From Nitrospirota bacterium (lineage in GTDB: Bacteria > Nitrospirota > Nitrospiria > 2-01-FULL-66-17): a DNA stretch of 37,390 bases. The translations under genes were made by a program, and so were the position numbers. Below the pieces are notes generated by a model. That model worked only from the letters and a program-made list of their open reading frames with translations. It did no database searches and was not told the origin of the DNA. Each line of letters opens with the position of its first letter. Positions within the stretch are counted from its first letter, which is position 1. Shown here piece by piece: positions 35,748-37,390 of the stretch. The stretch lies in assembly GCA_049325335.1 (NCBI GenBank), contig JBMOMC010000043.1, positions 144,362 to 181,751 on the forward strand. The letters run 5' to 3'.

Positions 35748-36275
35748 ATGGGCGCGCGCAACCGGGTCGTGTCGGCCGTCGTGACGGCGTGGTTGGTCTC
35801 GTCTCCAGGCCTGGCCGCCGACCATGAACCGGGGCGGGTGATGGTCGGCCAAGGGAACACTCATCTCCAGTCACCCGGTTCACCGCATCCGCCGTACAAT
35901 TCCCTGCCTCCGACGTCCGGCTCCCACGTCCCGTGGCTGGCGCGCTGGGGCGTGCACCGCATCCCGATCCCGTGGGAAGTCCAGGTCCACAACCTGGAAG
36001 ACGGCGGCGTGATTATCCATTACCGGTGTGACCGGCCGTGTCCGGAGACGGTCGCCGCGCTCGAACGAATCGTGGCGGCCTATCCGACTCAGGTGATTGC
36101 CGCGCCGGAACCGAAGTTGTCGTCCGCGTTAGCGGTCACGGCGTGGGAGCGTCTGTTGACGCTAGATCAGGTCGACGAAGCTGCGCTCAGGGGGTTCATC
36201 GACGCGTACCGCGGCCGAGACCACCACCCTCTTCCACTTCCGGGGACATCAACGTCGCCCGCGGCCTCCCGATAA
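35748..36275 (+). CDS. DUF3105 domain protein
   Basis: Signal peptide; YNSLPPTSGSH, VHNLEDGGVIIHY, AVTAW. Confidence 0.85.
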   Translation: MGARNRVVSAVVTAWLVSSPGLAADHEPGRVMVGQGNTHLQSPGSPHPPYNSLPPTSGSHVPWLARWGVHRIPIPWEVQVHNLEDGGVIIHYRCDRPCPETVAALERIVAAYPTQVIAAPEPKLSSALAVTAWERLLTLDQVDEAALRGFIDAYRGRDHHPLPLPGTSTSPAASR

Positions 36276-36489
36276 TCAGGGGTTGACTGCTCTGAAAAAT
36301 CAAGGCTATAGTCGTGCCATCCGCGCCGCGCGACGGCCCCGTAGGGTGGGGAAAATCGGAATAAAAGCCGCTTCTGTGGAGTTCTATGGCCAAGGATCTA
36401 TTTGTGTCCAGCTTGTGTCCAGTATTCCGATATCAGCAATCAGCGCAGTGGTACGCGTGCCAACCCGGAATTCGCGTAAGGAACGACTC

Positions 36490-37390
36490 GTGAGGCGATG
36501 CGTTGCGTGGGGGCGGTGGATGAGTGGTGCGTTTTTGCGCAGTGCCGCACCGGTGGTCGCGGCCTTGGCCGCCGCAGTGCTTCTTACCCTCACGAGTCAG
36601 GCGGCGGCCCAGCCGGTTGTTGACTTTGTAACCCCGGACACGGTGACCTATGGCGTGACACCGTCCAGGGCCGTCACCATGCAGGGCTCCGGGTTTCAGG
36701 TCGGTGATACCATCGCGGTCGGCTCGCTGAGCGGAACCACGGTAGCCGGGACCTCGGCCACGGCCAGCACTCCATTTGTCTTCACCAACGCCAGTACCCT
36801 GAGTTTTTATTGGAGTAATACGTCCCTTGCGCCGGGAGTTTCGTACAACGTGGTGGTCACGAATCCGTCCAGCGGAGCGACCGCGACGGCCGTGGGGGCG
36901 TTTACAGTCGTGTCGCCGCAGCCGGTAATGAATATTGTGACGCCGGACCCGGTGACGTACGGAGTCACCACGAGTCGGGCGATTTTGGTGGATGGGTCGG
37001 ATTTTGTGGTGGGGGCGACCGTGGCGATCACCCGGGTGGCCACGGGGACCACGGTGTTGAGCGGGACGACGGTGGCGGGCAGCACGGCCACGGCGAGCGT
37101 GCCGTTCGTGCACGTGAGCATGGCACGCCTGAGCTGGTGGTGGGCGAACACGGGCCTGGCGCCGGGGGCGTACACGATCACGGTCACCAACCCCGCAGCG
37201 GCGGGCGGGCTGAGTGGGAGCGTGGGGTTCACGGTGGCCGCGCCGCAACCCGTGATTGGATTGGTGACGCCGGACCCGGTGACGTACGGAGTCACCACGA
37301 GTCGGGCGATTTTGGTGGATGGGTCGGATTTTGTGGTGGGGGCGACCGTGGCGATCACCCGGGTGGCCACGGGGACCACGGTGTTGAGCG
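36490..37390 (+). CDS. Large secreted surface protein with tandem IPT/TIG-like repeats (3' truncated; absent from the ORF track)
   Basis: AAGGA SD then GTG 36490, open to the window end. Signal peptide ending SQAAA. Units of about 105-109 aa: QPV..VTPD.VTYGVT.SRA....GS.F...LAPG..Y.V.VTNP...FTV. Confidence 0.85.
   Translation, partial: MRRCVAWGRWMSGAFLRSAAPVVAALAAAVLLTLTSQAAAQPVVDFVTPDTVTYGVTPSRAVTMQGSGFQVGDTIAVGSLSGTTVAGTSATASTPFVFTNASTLSFYWSNTSLAPGVSYNVVVTNPSSGATATAVGAFTVVSPQPVMNIVTPDPVTYGVTTSRAILVDGSDFVVGATVAITRVATGTTVLSGTTVAGSTATASVPFVHVSMARLSWWWANTGLAPGAYTITVTNPAAAGGLSGSVGFTVAAPQPVIGLVTPDPVTYGVTTSRAILVDGSDFVVGATVAITRVATGTTVLS
36937..37390 (+). repeat. Intragenic tandem repeat, 327-bp period
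   Basis: 36937-37063 is identical to 37264-37390 (127 bp, up to the window end). Confidence 0.9.

Noticed and set aside
36313..36489. GEMM (c-di-GMP/cGAMP) riboswitch in this or other leaders
   Set aside because: I could not find the GEMM consensus by eye; an Infernal scan would be needed to exclude it.
36433..37379. Minus-strand ORFs 36433-37248 and 36807-37379
   Set aside because: They are antisense to the real plus-strand repeat protein, which has an SD and signal peptide.
36937..37390. Repeat as a CRISPR array or diversity-generating retroelement TR/VR pair
   Set aside because: In-frame 327-bp coding period, no spacers, no adenine-specific mismatches, and no cas or reverse transcriptase gene.

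Overview
A GC-rich, gene-dense 37.4 kb bacterial chromosomal segment. The gene set (Cu-nitrite reductase, convergent luxR/luxI, c7-type triheme cytochromes) is compatible with a Nitrospirota-like organism; this is inference, not proven. From left to right: 3' end of luxR; luxI with a clear lux box; PAS hybrid kinase; ABC exporter; an SfiI-family restriction-modification pair whose methyltransferase carries an internal HTH; nadE; a Cys-rich Crp/Fnr regulator upstream of a Crp/Fnr box and nirK; USP; core MetE-like protein; truA; hemE-hemH-hemY; CBS, amidohydrolase, CDGSH, zincin and DUF3047-like genes; priA; TIGR04282/04283-type glycosyltransferases; comF; tusA-like; a membrane HAMP-GGDEF protein; rsmI; a beta-propeller lipoprotein; ugd; two triheme cytochromes; two TolB-like proteins; DUF3105; and a repeat-rich IPT/TIG-like surface protein that runs off the end and is missing from the ORF track. 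The best novelty candidate is the GGDEF enzyme: both guanine-selecting residues are changed (Asn to Gly, and the Hypr-type Asp to Ser), so it may make something other than c-di-GMP. Also notable are three diverged copies of a MITE-like repeat and a recurring TTGAC-N18-TAnnnT promoter that often sits 6-7 nt before the start codon (leaderless mRNAs). No rRNA, tRNA, CRISPR array or transposase was seen. Family calls come from recalled motifs, not database searches.
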